DNA of 63,636 bases from a virus. Its lineage: Duplodnaviria; Caudoviricetes. Where the stretch lies: IMG/VR virus record IMGVR_UViG_3300027370_000004, positions 1-63,636 of that record. One strand, written 5' to 3'. Shown here piece after piece: positions 1 through 8,911 of this stretch. The stretch's first letter is position 1; every line of letters starts with the position of its first letter. The notes beneath the pieces are model-generated. The model was given only the letters and a program-made list of their open reading frames with translations, was not told where the DNA came from and did not search any database. The position numbers and the translations under genes were made by a program.

Positions 1-8
1 GGTGACAT
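1..8. repeat. Terminal direct overlap GGTGACAT (also 63629-63636); circular assembly junction
   Basis: The first and last 8 nt are identical, and merging them restores a reading frame. Confidence 0.85.
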
Positions 9-63
9 CCCCTGCCGCCGTATCCGCTCCGAACGCGCCAAAATGCTGCACGCCTCTCGCCAT
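1..63 (-). CDS. 5' part of a 134-aa putative structural/head-associated protein spanning the circular junction (continues 63636->63287)
   Basis: ATG at 63-61 directly follows the TAA of ORF 64..327. After merging the 8-nt overlap the frame MARGVQHFGAFGADTAAGD-VTQTDAFQ... is open into ORF 63287..63541. Confidence 0.8.
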   Translation of the reverse strand, partial: MARGVQHFGAFGADTAAGDVT

Positions 64-327
64 TTATGCTTCCTCCTCTTGCCCTTCTTCTTCGCCTTCG
101 TGCTCGGAAGGTTTCATGCCCATTGTGTCGGCAATGTGGGACATCGCTTCTTCGCCTTGCTCCGGCCCGAAAGGATGCGGCTCAGGATCATGGTATGGCC
201 CCGGCCCGCTATTTACGAAGTGGTGCGTAACGATATGCCCACCTTCCGCACCTTGAGCAACTTCGATGTGATGCAGCGATTTGGCCGGCGCATGGCTTTC
301 ACCCCGCGCCGATCTCATTTTCTTCAT
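64..327 (-). CDS. Small His/Glu-rich phage protein
   Basis: GGGGGAG RBS before the ATG. Lies in the late-operon cluster between terminase and portal. Confidence 0.7.
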   Translation of the reverse strand: MKKMRSARGESHAPAKSLHHIEVAQGAEGGHIVTHHFVNSGPGPYHDPEPHPFGPEQGEEAMSHIADTMGMKPSEHEGEEEGQEEEA

Positions 328-553
328 AAGACTCCCCCAGCGTCATTCATAGGTATTTTACGACACGCCGCTGTAGGTAATTTGGGAGATACCAAACAAT
401 CGCCCACAGTACGGTTTGCAGTCTAGTGTTTTTAGGCGCTGGCTTAACCGCTAGAGGAAGCAGCAGCGCAGAGCAATTACACATTGAACGCTCCCTGAAA
501 AGATGCCGGAGAGCTAATCTGCACCCTCCGGCTGTTCATTTGGAGGATGAAAC

Positions 554-1165
554 TTAGAACGTGACCGCAGCCGTCCCAGACTTCGTGGGGTCCGTGACGC
601 TCGTCGCGATCACTGTATCCGTTCCGCCCGGTGTCGTTGGAGGCGCATAGAGGCCAGCCGCGCTGATCGTCCCCGTCAGCGCAGGAGCGACCACTGGAGC
701 CAAGGACCACGTTACGCCCGCATTCTTGGCATCATTGGAGACTGTCGCGGAAAACTGCTGCGTCGTCCCTTGTGCCACAGTCGCTGTAGCGGGAGTCACG
801 CTCACGCTGATGGCCGGTGGATTCAGAGCGGTCCCGATGTTTGCTGTCTGAGTGGTCAAATCTGCCACTACGGGCTTAATTCCATTCGAGGCCGTAGTCA
901 ACTGTGCGACCAAAGCTTCCACGGCTGCCGGAGCTACTCCCTGTCCAGCGGACTGCGCTGCCAGAAGCGTCGCCAAAGCTGCGTCAATGTTCGTGTCTGC
1001 GGTTTGCAGGCCAGTTACTCCTGCCTGTACCGACTGTACCGCTGCGGTAAGGTCGGCTAATGCTTGCGTTGCTGTTGCGGTAGACATAAGAATTCTCCTT
1101 GTTTGATAGAGCAAAACGATTTCGAGTCCCAGCACAAGTGCCAGAACGATGGCTATGGCAGTCAT
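554..1165 (-). CDS. Coiled-coil plus C-terminal Ig-like (Big_2-type) protein, N-terminal hydrophobic segment
   Basis: ISVSVTPATATVAQGTTQQFSATV...GVTWS...GTISAAGLY...TVIATS is an Ig group-2 pattern. The N-half is Ala/Thr-rich and heptad-like. Confidence 0.7.
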   Translation of the reverse strand: MTAIAIVLALVLGLEIVLLYQTRRILMSTATATQALADLTAAVQSVQAGVTGLQTADTNIDAALATLLAAQSAGQGVAPAAVEALVAQLTTASNGIKPVVADLTTQTANIGTALNPPAISVSVTPATATVAQGTTQQFSATVSNDAKNAGVTWSLAPVVAPALTGTISAAGLYAPPTTPGGTDTVIATSVTDPTKSGTAAVTF

Positions 1166-1213
1166 TTCTTCAGCCTACCGCTTTCCTTTGCACGCGACTG
1201 AGCAAAATGACTC

Positions 1214-1483
1214 TTACTTCAAGCGAGTCCGAATTGAGTCCAAGTGCGCCAGCGTCGGGAACTTTCCCGTTTTCTTGGCGTTGTAATCCACTGGAGGCTT
1301 GTAGTTCGCCGACAGCGGGTTGTGCACGTCATTGAAGTGCTTTTTGAAGTCTGCCTCGCTGGTAAACGTCATTCCGCAGCACTGGTGCCCGCTATTCACT
1401 GCGGAGTTGACAATCTGGTGGTTCGACGGTGTAGGTGTAGCTGAGGGATGATGATACTTGCCCTCAAGTACTGGACTCGGCAT
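1214..1483 (-). CDS. Small protein with C2H2-like zinc finger
   Basis: AAGGAGAA RBS before ATG 1483. Motif CCGMTFTSEADFKKHFNDVH. Confidence 0.55.
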   Translation of the reverse strand: MPSPVLEGKYHHPSATPTPSNHQIVNSAVNSGHQCCGMTFTSEADFKKHFNDVHNPLSANYKPPVDYNAKKTGKFPTLAHLDSIRTRLK

Positions 1484-1674
1484 ATTCTGTTCTCCTTTGG
1501 AAAGTCTGGTCACTGCCTCAATTCTTGCTTCGCGCTCTATCGTGCGGAATTTCAAAGCCTTTCGGCAACGGTTCGTTGCTAACGTATTTTTGCGCCTTCT
1601 CTACCGTGGTAAAAAGCCTGTGATTGACGATCTCGCCCTTGGCGTTGAGCATTTGGACGAGTTGGATGATTGCG

Positions 1675-3153
1675 CTAGACATTCATCCAGCCTAAGTCTT
1701 CTTGCCCAGCGTACCTGAACTCCGGTTTCGGCTCAGGCTTCCTCGGCGCGGCGATCTTCACTTGGAATGTCATCGCCAGCATATCCCCGCAGTCAGGAGA
1801 ATTCAACCCTCTCGCCTTCATGTCATCCTTGGATTCAAGTTGTATCTGGCTCTTTGAGGAAAAATAGTACTCAGGTCCGCACAAATCAGAAGCTAGTTCA
1901 GGGTCGTCAGGAATCTCCGCTCCGGTCTGTAGCCATTCTCTCATCAATCCCCAAAGCTCGGACCTGCGGTTAAAGTACGCCTGCTCATTGTCTGCCTTGG
2001 CTCCCGGCGCGTATTCAAACAACCTCGTCCCAAATCCTCGGAACCTGACTTGATCGACTACCCCAGCCCCCACCCCGATTCCGTCAATGATCGTCGCGTC
2101 CGGCGTCTCTGACTGGATAAACTCAATCAGTCGCTCGGCCAGCTGCACCGTACTGAGGCCACGATACCGCGCCAAAATCTTTGCTTTCCGGCCCTGCCGG
2201 GTTCCAACGACTGCCTGATCGTCGCCATACCTCGCTACATCGCAGCTAAGAATCTTGGGCAAGGTCTCATATCCGACTGCATGATATTTGCGGCAGTTTT
2301 CCACTATATCCGATGGAATGAACTGGGAACTCCCAGACCTCGGAAACTCCCCCTTGACGCGCACTCTGACAAAGTCCGAATCCTCGCCGTAGTCATCAAT
2401 CCACTTCTGAATCTGAGCCTTGTTCGTGCCTTCTACTGTGCGAGAGTCGATCTGAAACGTCTTCCAGCGATGTTTAAACTTGCCGAAACACTCTCGAAAA
2501 CGCCCTGTGTTCTGCGTAGGATTGCCAAACACCAGCCAGATGATTTCCGTGTTCTCATCCGTCATGGCGCCTTCGGCGGTCTCGTAAATCTTGTCCGAAA
2601 TGGCTGATCCTTCATCGAACATCAGAACTACGCGCTTGCCTTCGTTGTGCAAGCCAGCGAAAGCTTCTACGTTATAGTCAGACCACGGGATTAAGTCCGT
2701 CCGCCACGTCGCCTCAGAACCTTTTGCCTTGATGGACGTTATCGCCAAATCCCACCAGTGCGCGTTTATGCTCATCCGGTACCACTTGAATAACTCCGGC
2801 TGAGTTTTAGTGTCTAACTGCGTCTTGGTGTTGGCGGTTATGACGATCTTGCAGTCTCGGCAGGTACTCGAAGCCCACTCATCAATCCAGCTAATCAGGC
2901 ATGACTTCCCTACACCATGGCCGGATGCGACCGCGATCTTGCAAGGCTCAAATCTCGTAGCTGGATTCCTTAAGTGAGCGCCGATGTGATTCAGAATCTC
3001 GCTTTGCCAAGGTCGCGGGCCTCCATGCTTCGCGATCTCCGCGCCAGTTTCACCCCACGGGTATGCATAGTTCACAAATCCTTCAGGATCGTGCCGATAG
3101 GAGTAAATGCGCTCAACTAACTCTTGCTCAAGCTGCGGATCGACTGCAATCAC
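1675..3153 (-). CDS. terL: Terminase large subunit
   Basis: Walker A ASGHGVGKS, Walker B LMFDEG, GNP coupling motif, RNase H-like nuclease DVARYGDD...SPDCGD. Confidence 0.95.
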   Translation of the reverse strand: MIAVDPQLEQELVERIYSYRHDPEGFVNYAYPWGETGAEIAKHGGPRPWQSEILNHIGAHLRNPATRFEPCKIAVASGHGVGKSCLISWIDEWASSTCRDCKIVITANTKTQLDTKTQPELFKWYRMSINAHWWDLAITSIKAKGSEATWRTDLIPWSDYNVEAFAGLHNEGKRVVLMFDEGSAISDKIYETAEGAMTDENTEIIWLVFGNPTQNTGRFRECFGKFKHRWKTFQIDSRTVEGTNKAQIQKWIDDYGEDSDFVRVRVKGEFPRSGSSQFIPSDIVENCRKYHAVGYETLPKILSCDVARYGDDQAVVGTRQGRKAKILARYRGLSTVQLAERLIEFIQSETPDATIIDGIGVGAGVVDQVRFRGFGTRLFEYAPGAKADNEQAYFNRRSELWGLMREWLQTGAEIPDDPELASDLCGPEYYFSSKSQIQLESKDDMKARGLNSPDCGDMLAMTFQVKIAAPRKPEPKPEFRYAGQEDLGWMNV

Positions 3154-3515
3154 TCCGAAACCTCTGTGCGCTCCGCCGCTTTCTTCATTCTCTCTGCAAG
3201 GGTCAGCGTTATTTCTCCGCTATGTTCCATTGCCTGCACTACTTTGCCCTCGATACGCTCCGCCGCCTCTTTCAATGTCAGCACTGATCCCATGCGACCG
3301 GAAAGAATTGTCTTAAGTATCGCCGCTTCAATTAGTTCCAAGTTGCCAGAATCGGCGAAGATGCGCTCATAAATCTCAGTGATTGGTGTCTTTTTTGGCC
3401 TGCCACCTGGGTTACGTACCTCTCCGGGTTGAATCTGTGTAGCCTTCCCTACAGAGGGGTCAACCGTATAGCCAAATCCATGCTTTTTCTGAGGCGAATT
3501 TTGCTCATCCGCCAT
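3150..3515 (-). CDS. terS: Terminase small subunit (DUF5681-like)
   Basis: QIQPGEVRNPGGRPKK motif and C-terminal EHSGEI. Overlaps the TerL start. Confidence 0.8.
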   Translation of the reverse strand: MADEQNSPQKKHGFGYTVDPSVGKATQIQPGEVRNPGGRPKKTPITEIYERIFADSGNLELIEAAILKTILSGRMGSVLTLKEAAERIEGKVVQAMEHSGEITLTLAERMKKAAERTEVSE

Positions 3516-3569
3516 AACTTAAAATCCTCACAATGTGAGCCTTGAATTCTGGGACGGAGAGATCGGATT

Positions 3570-3992
3570 TCATGACATTGCATAGCCGTTCGCATAAATC
3601 GCCTGTTCCTGTGCAAATCTTGGGTCTTGTTGCTTGCGCAACTTCACAATGAGGGGGTTGTCTTGATGCTTGATGCGGAATTTAATGCCGAGGAGTTCTG
3701 GAGATGGGAAGCCAGAAGGGATGTAATCTGTGCGCTGAATTGTTTCTTGCCGAGCGCGGATGAATGCAATTCTCTGCGGGGTCTCAATCCTTGGTTGCGC
3801 GTATCGCTGCCGTATGCAAGACCATGGAGTATCTACAGTTAGCTGTATGCCAGCAAAGAATGGATCGCCCCCTTGACTCAGCGTGCGTGCGAATAATCCT
3901 GAGACCACAAGCGCAGCTAATCGCCGTGAGCAATTGTGCGCTGCACGCTCAGTTTTTGGATTTTGATGTGCTGCGAAGACAGAGATTCTCAA
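3570..3992 (-). CDS. Hypothetical protein, first gene of late operon
   Basis: 140-aa ORF downstream of a sigma70-like promoter. Confidence 0.5.
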   Translation of the reverse strand: MRISVFAAHQNPKTERAAHNCSRRLAALVVSGLFARTLSQGGDPFFAGIQLTVDTPWSCIRQRYAQPRIETPQRIAFIRARQETIQRTDYIPSGFPSPELLGIKFRIKHQDNPLIVKLRKQQDPRFAQEQAIYANGYAMS

Positions 3993-4042
3993 GGACGGGT
4001 TCTAACGCCGATTGGCTCGGGTGAGGGCCTGATGCTTTGCGA

Positions 4043-4071
4043 GATATAGCCCAAAGGCTTAGAAAATGCAA
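4043..4071 (-). promoter_or_regulatory. Sigma70-like promoter (TTGCAT-17-TATATC), candidate late promoter
   Basis: Consensus-like hexamers with a 17-nt spacer in the intergenic gap upstream of the packaging genes. Confidence 0.45.
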
Positions 4072-4179
4072 ACTAAATCTGCAACTTTCGTAATCTAGAC
4101 TGATTTATGCTGCCAGTAACGTTCTTTGAGCGAGTCTGGGGGATGCTCGAAAGAATCGACGCGCAGGCCCAAAGGAATT

Positions 4180-4908
4180 TCATGACGGGAATTCCTGAAT
4201 CATTAGATCAGGTGGGATTAAAGCCTTGCCCTCATCGGGAGTTCTTGCGGACATTTGCTTCATAAAGAACGGGATGTTTCTGTCTCGGCATTCTTTGAGC
4301 AAATTCCGTGCCCACGCTTCTTCGCAAGGTCGTCTGCCATTCCCACTTTCCCCGCCGAATACGAACCAGTTCGGCTTGTGCCAGACTTTGAATGTGGTCA
4401 GGGGTCCGATGGCTGGCTCGTAGCTGCACCAGGTAATCCCCGGCCATCTTTTCATCTGGTGCCAGCGTTCGTCGTAGCGCTCCTGATCTTCTGCGGTGAA
4501 ACCTTTCCAAACGGAGAGATTTTCGAGGATGTCCAAGGGCATCGCTTCGTAACCTTCCACCCGCTTCGTGAGTAGCTGCCAAATGAGATTCGGCGTTCCG
4601 CGAATCAATTCCCACAGGCGTTCTCGCTGGCCTTCAGGAGCCTCTACGTCGAATATGTCCGCCATTGACGCGCAGAACACTTTTCTCCCAAACTCGCCCG
4701 CAGCAGCCTTGGCATCCCATTTCAGCGGTTCGTTCCAGTGCTTTATCCCAAACTCCCTCCGAGGCTTCCCTGGGCCCCAATGATCCCCGCCCACGCGCTT
4801 GTCGAACGTTTCCGCATAACAGTTCACGCATCCCGGCGAGACTCGAGTGCATCCATGCCAGGGATTAAAAGTATGGTCGGTCCACGAGATAGAAGTTTTC
4901 TCACCCAT
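4180..4908 (-). CDS. DUF5131 / phage Gp37Gp68 family (radical-SAM-like) protein
   Basis: TSISWTDHTFNPWHGCTRVSPGCVNCYAE, VFCASMAD, QLLTKR, SYEPAIGP, GGESG, PFFMKQ. Confidence 0.9.
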   Translation of the reverse strand: MGEKTSISWTDHTFNPWHGCTRVSPGCVNCYAETFDKRVGGDHWGPGKPRREFGIKHWNEPLKWDAKAAAGEFGRKVFCASMADIFDVEAPEGQRERLWELIRGTPNLIWQLLTKRVEGYEAMPLDILENLSVWKGFTAEDQERYDERWHQMKRWPGITWCSYEPAIGPLTTFKVWHKPNWFVFGGESGNGRRPCEEAWARNLLKECRDRNIPFFMKQMSARTPDEGKALIPPDLMIQEFPS

Positions 4909-5317
4909 TGGAATCCACCTTTCGTCTCAATCTCCACGCCCGCCACCACATAGCGGTGCGCTTTCTTTTCTTCTGAACTCTCCGACAAGCTCTACATTCG
5001 CGCGTTCCATTGCGCCGCCGATGTGTATTGCCCTCGGTATATTCATGGCCATTTTTGCAATGCGTTAAGACCGGATGATGTCTGGAGTGGTGACACTTGG
5101 TGCAAAGAGATACAACCTTAAACGCACCCTCCTGCGAATACCCAGAATCGTGGTGGTACTCGTGCCTTCTCTCACTCTCCGACCATTGATGACCACAATC
5201 AGCGCATAGCAAATCGTTTGGGTCAGGCCGAAGCCCAAGATTTACCTGAATGTTGACGAACTGCCGAGCGGCTTCTTTCTCCGCATCCGTCCACGAAATT
5301 CCTGTCGTTTCGCCCAT
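4901..5317 (-). CDS. HNH-type endonuclease fused to a duplicated DUF5131 N-terminus
   Basis: CADC...HEYHH...LCTKCHHSRH nuclease motif and THCKNGHEY...RECRAC zinc domain. Starts MGETTGISWTD. Confidence 0.75.
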   Translation of the reverse strand: MGETTGISWTDAEKEAARQFVNIQVNLGLRPDPNDLLCADCGHQWSESERRHEYHHDSGYSQEGAFKVVSLCTKCHHSRHHPVLTHCKNGHEYTEGNTHRRRNGTRECRACRRVQKKRKRTAMWWRAWRLRRKVDSNG

Positions 5318-5797
5318 AGTTTCTCCCTATCTGTGAAAACGTTCCCATTTCGCCCAAGCCTTCTCCAGCCACTCCGGAAACGTACACGGAAATTCATCGT
5401 CCGGCAGTACTAAAGCCTGCTCCAATTTTACCGCTGTACGCCAGTCGTGTCTCTGTAAAGCTGCATTCATCTGATCTAAAATAGTCATAAGCCTCCAGTT
5501 TTCTTCATGTAATTATCGTGCGCTTGCTTGTCCGTGAGCGGCGGTTTCTTCGGCGCCGGGCATGGTTTACTCACGTCGCGTGCTGCGGTTTTCAATGACC
5601 AGATCACGGCGAAACATCGCGGAAGGTAGAGATATTCAGTGTCGGTTTTCATTTGCCGATGGCCTCTATCGCCTCCTGAATCTTCTCGGCTGACATCAAC
5701 GCTGCCAGATATGCGTTGCCTGTGAGCTGTTTGGCGAGAACGCGAATCTCCAGTTTGATTCGCGCGAGTTCTTTGGCAACCGCCCGTTCTTGATCTG

Positions 5798-7078
5798 TCA
5801 TCCACGCATCTCCCGTCTGTGAAATTTACCCCGTGAACGCTCAAAGAATACTGGCACCGACCCGGTCGGGCCTTCCCGCTGCTTGCCGATGATAATATCG
5901 TCTTCGCCTGTGGGCGCTCCCCGATCATCTACTGGGCCGTAGAGCAAGAGAACGACGTGCGCGTGCGCTTCTATGTCTCCAGACTCTTTCAGGTCAATCA
6001 TGCTGGGACGGTCATTAAGCCTCTCAGGGCGACGAAGCTGAGAAAGGGCCAACACGGGTACCCCCGTGTCCTTTGCCAGCCTCCTGAGGGCATCTGTGGC
6101 ATCTCCTACACGGTCTCTGCGATCCCTGCCTGCCCCGCGAATCAATTGCAGGTAGTCCACCACCACCAAACTGATTCCGTACCGCGCAATCTTGATCCTC
6201 GCGTGCGCTGTGAGCTCTGAAATTTCCATGGAGGACGAGTCGTTGATGTGCAGCGGGATGGTCCTCAGGTCCGCCGCATATTCCAAAGCTGCTTTAGCAA
6301 ACTTGTCCGAGCGGTCAATGACAGAAGGCCCAAACTGAGTTTTGAGATTTCGTCGGAAGATTTCCTCCGCACTCATTTCGAGCGAGATGAAATATACGGG
6401 AAATCCCTGCCCCGCCACGTTCAACGCTACTTGAATCGCGAAGGCTGTTTTTCCCCGCCCCGGCATCGCGCCGACGACCCATAACTCCCCGGCATTAATC
6501 CCCGTCGTAGTCACGTCGAGGTCTTCCACGCCAGTCTGCAATCCCCGCTTGGAATAATCTCCCGCCGCGCGATCCGCCAGAGCGTTCAGCACTGGCATCG
6601 CCACATCGCACAGCATTTGATCGTCATTCGATTGTTTGTCTGATTCGATGGTCTCTATGTCGAAAACCAAGTCGGCCTTGACTTCCGTAACGCTTTGACC
6701 CTCGGATAATCTCTCGTTCGCCAGCCCAATAGTGCGCTCCAGTTTCCTTGATCGCGAGAGTTCTTTCACCCGCCTTACATAGCCGGGGACATCCGGGAGG
6801 GGGGCGCTTTCGATGATCGTCGCGTCCGCCATAAGCACGGCCTGTTCGGAGGTCTCGCCCATGATTTCCAGTTCCGCTACCAATCCGCACAGGTCCAACG
6901 GTTTAGCGGCCTTTCGCATCCGAACTAGCGCGGTAAACACCTTGCGGGGAAATTCTTCCGCAAAGTCATCCGTACTTAACGCCGTCGCGGCTTCATCAAG
7001 ATGAATCGCCGCGGACTCGGGATTGCCACCGAAAAAAAACATCGCGCCCAACAAATTAGCTTCCACGCTGTAATTCAT
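5798..7078 (-). CDS. dnaB: Replicative DNA helicase, DnaB family
   Basis: GAMPGRGKT Walker A, SLEMS, VVVDYLQL, LSQL.R, DLKESGDIE, KQREGPTG. Confidence 0.95.
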   Translation of the reverse strand: MNYSVEANLLGAMFFFGGNPESAAIHLDEAATALSTDDFAEEFPRKVFTALVRMRKAAKPLDLCGLVAELEIMGETSEQAVLMADATIIESAPLPDVPGYVRRVKELSRSRKLERTIGLANERLSEGQSVTEVKADLVFDIETIESDKQSNDDQMLCDVAMPVLNALADRAAGDYSKRGLQTGVEDLDVTTTGINAGELWVVGAMPGRGKTAFAIQVALNVAGQGFPVYFISLEMSAEEIFRRNLKTQFGPSVIDRSDKFAKAALEYAADLRTIPLHINDSSSMEISELTAHARIKIARYGISLVVVDYLQLIRGAGRDRRDRVGDATDALRRLAKDTGVPVLALSQLRRPERLNDRPSMIDLKESGDIEAHAHVVLLLYGPVDDRGAPTGEDDIIIGKQREGPTGSVPVFFERSRGKFHRREMRG

Positions 7079-7857
7079 CAGTCGCCCGCCTCCCGCATCT
7101 GTCTTCGTTTTTCCTCAACCGCACTCACCATCGGCGCTATACGCTTTTCTTTGGGATCGTTGTACCCCGCCCGTCGCATCCAACCCGGCCCAACTTTCTT
7201 CCCGGCAGCTACACACTTCCGATATTGACCAATAGCCCAATCCAGCGCAGCCTTACAGATTAATTTTTCTTGCCCCATGATCGCCTCGATCCCGGCCCGA
7301 GTATCTTTTAACTCGAATTCACTTGCTGGAATATTCACGTCTTCGTGACAGAGAAACATTCGCGCTGCCTCAATGGGGGTTAGATTTGAAAAAATCGGGG
7401 GAGTACTTTCCCCTCCTTTCCTCTCCAAGTCCACGTCCACATCCGGGGGCGTTCCCTCAGCGTGCGTTCGGCGAACATTCGGCGTTGCAACGGCTGGTGC
7501 CCGCCGTTTATCGGGCGTGCTTGGGACACTCCCAGAAGGTAAAGGGTGCTTGAATGTCGGTTGGTCTATCTTCTGGTGTTTCCAACCAGTTACCTGCCAA
7601 TACCGCACCCCCAAAACCTCGTATTCTTCCAATAATCCAGATGCAACCAACTCAGCGATCATGGACTTGATTTGGGTGTCGGTGAATTCATCGGCGGGGA
7701 AGACTTCCATTTTTAGGCGCTTCGTTGAGGCAGGGTGAACACCGGAATCATCACAAAATGACCACATGCCAATGAACACTAGGCGTGCGTTCGGCGAACA
7801 TTCGGCGATTTGCTCCGATGTCCAAAACTCCGGTTTTATGCAACGGATTCGTGCCAA
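7078..7857 (-). CDS. Phage replication initiator protein
   Basis: N-terminus MARIRCIKPEFWTSE...ARLVFIGMWSFCDD.G...W.KHQKID typical of phage replisome organisers. Directly upstream of DnaB. TTG start. Confidence 0.85.
   Translation of the reverse strand: MARIRCIKPEFWTSEQIAECSPNARLVFIGMWSFCDDSGVHPASTKRLKMEVFPADEFTDTQIKSMIAELVASGLLEEYEVLGVRYWQVTGWKHQKIDQPTFKHPLPSGSVPSTPDKRRAPAVATPNVRRTHAEGTPPDVDVDLERKGGESTPPIFSNLTPIEAARMFLCHEDVNIPASEFELKDTRAGIEAIMGQEKLICKAALDWAIGQYRKCVAAGKKVGPGWMRRAGYNDPKEKRIAPMVSAVEEKRRQMREAGD
7460..7807. repeat. Exact 25-bp direct repeat GCGTGCGTTCGGCGAACATTCGGCG (7460-7484, 7783-7807); candidate origin iterons
   Basis: Identical copies are read in different frames of the initiator gene. 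Confidence 0.7.
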
Positions 7858-7860
7858 GAT

Positions 7861-7918
7861 TTCGACCCTACTAAGCCCTCTCGCTGGCCGGGGTCGAATC
7901 GGCCAACAGAGAGAGCTT
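7861..7918 (-). promoter_or_regulatory. Hairpin/pseudoknot in the 5' leader of the initiator mRNA
   Basis: Stem 7873-7890/7900-7918. Loop UUCGACCC is complementary to GGGUCGAA 3 nt upstream of the TTG start. Confidence 0.6.
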
Positions 7919-8108
7919 GAATTGGCTTGGGAGCCAACTGTCTTCTACCGCAATTCACTCGTTGGTTCAAGTACAAAATGCTGTGCAAAACTCAGTAGGC
8001 AGTGCATAACTTGGTTGCGCGCCGAAATCATCCTCGCCCCACCCTATAGACCCTCACCCCAGACTTAATTATCGCTCTACGGGCAAGGAAACCTAGCTGG
8101 CGTCGGGA

Positions 8109-8489
8109 TTACCGCCCTTCCTCATCTACTTCTCCGTCTCCCTTGCGAATAGCAGCCCTCAGTATGCTTCCTTGCCGTCCTTTGCGTTGCATCCAATCCG
8201 CGACTTTCTTCTTGTGGCATTCCACTGTCGCCATATCCTTGCGCGTTAAAAATATCCGCAGCAACATGAGTGCATCCTGTAAATCACGTGTATCTCGTTC
8301 GTCCGCAGTCCTTCCTGCGGAGTAAGCGGCCTGCCAAAGTTCCTGCATGCAACCGTGAATCCACGCCGGGTCAGTGGTCACCGGGGTATCGGTCGTGTCG
8401 GGATAGTGCATCGCCTGATTCGCGAACTTGCAGATCAATTCTTCCTGCTCCGGCGTCGTCTCTGGGATTGGATCGGGGCTAGGATTCAT
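8109..8489 (-). CDS. Hypothetical protein
   Basis: Coupled ORF in the leftward early operon. Confidence 0.55.
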   Translation of the reverse strand: MNPSPDPIPETTPEQEELICKFANQAMHYPDTTDTPVTTDPAWIHGCMQELWQAAYSAGRTADERDTRDLQDALMLLRIFLTRKDMATVECHKKKVADWMQRKGRQGSILRAAIRKGDGEVDEEGR

Positions 8490-8770
8490 ATCTGCCCTTT
8501 GAATCGCTCGGTCATTATCCGCAAGGCCACAGTGCTACACCAGATAGATAGCAGGCTGGTCAACTGATCGACCTCTGCGATCAGCCGCTTATCCGTGGCA
8601 TGTCGCCGCTTGAAGCGAGCCTCGGCCTCTAGGTACTTATCTCCGCACAATTTCTTTCCCGCTCTATTCTTTCTCTCTGCCATTAGAGCCTCCCCGCCAA
8701 TCCACACAACGCAATTCCCAGCATTACACCGAGAATCAGACTAAGGTACATCCAGAATGCTATGCCCATA

Positions 8771-8911
8771 TCACTTCCCCTCCTGCCCTCGGACGTTCTC
8801 CCGACACTCCTCATCGTGCAAATCGTCGCTTATCCAGCCAATCCCCAAGCCGAGAAGCAGGCCGCCAACGAATGCTAGTATCACCAAGAAATCAATTTGT
8901 CCCTGCGTCAT
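8771..8911 (-). CDS. Small single-TM protein (46 aa)
   Basis: MTQGQIDFLVILAFVGGLLLGLGIGW..., ATGA overlap with the upstream gene. Confidence 0.55.
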   Translation of the reverse strand: MTQGQIDFLVILAFVGGLLLGLGIGWISDDLHDEECRENVRGQEGK

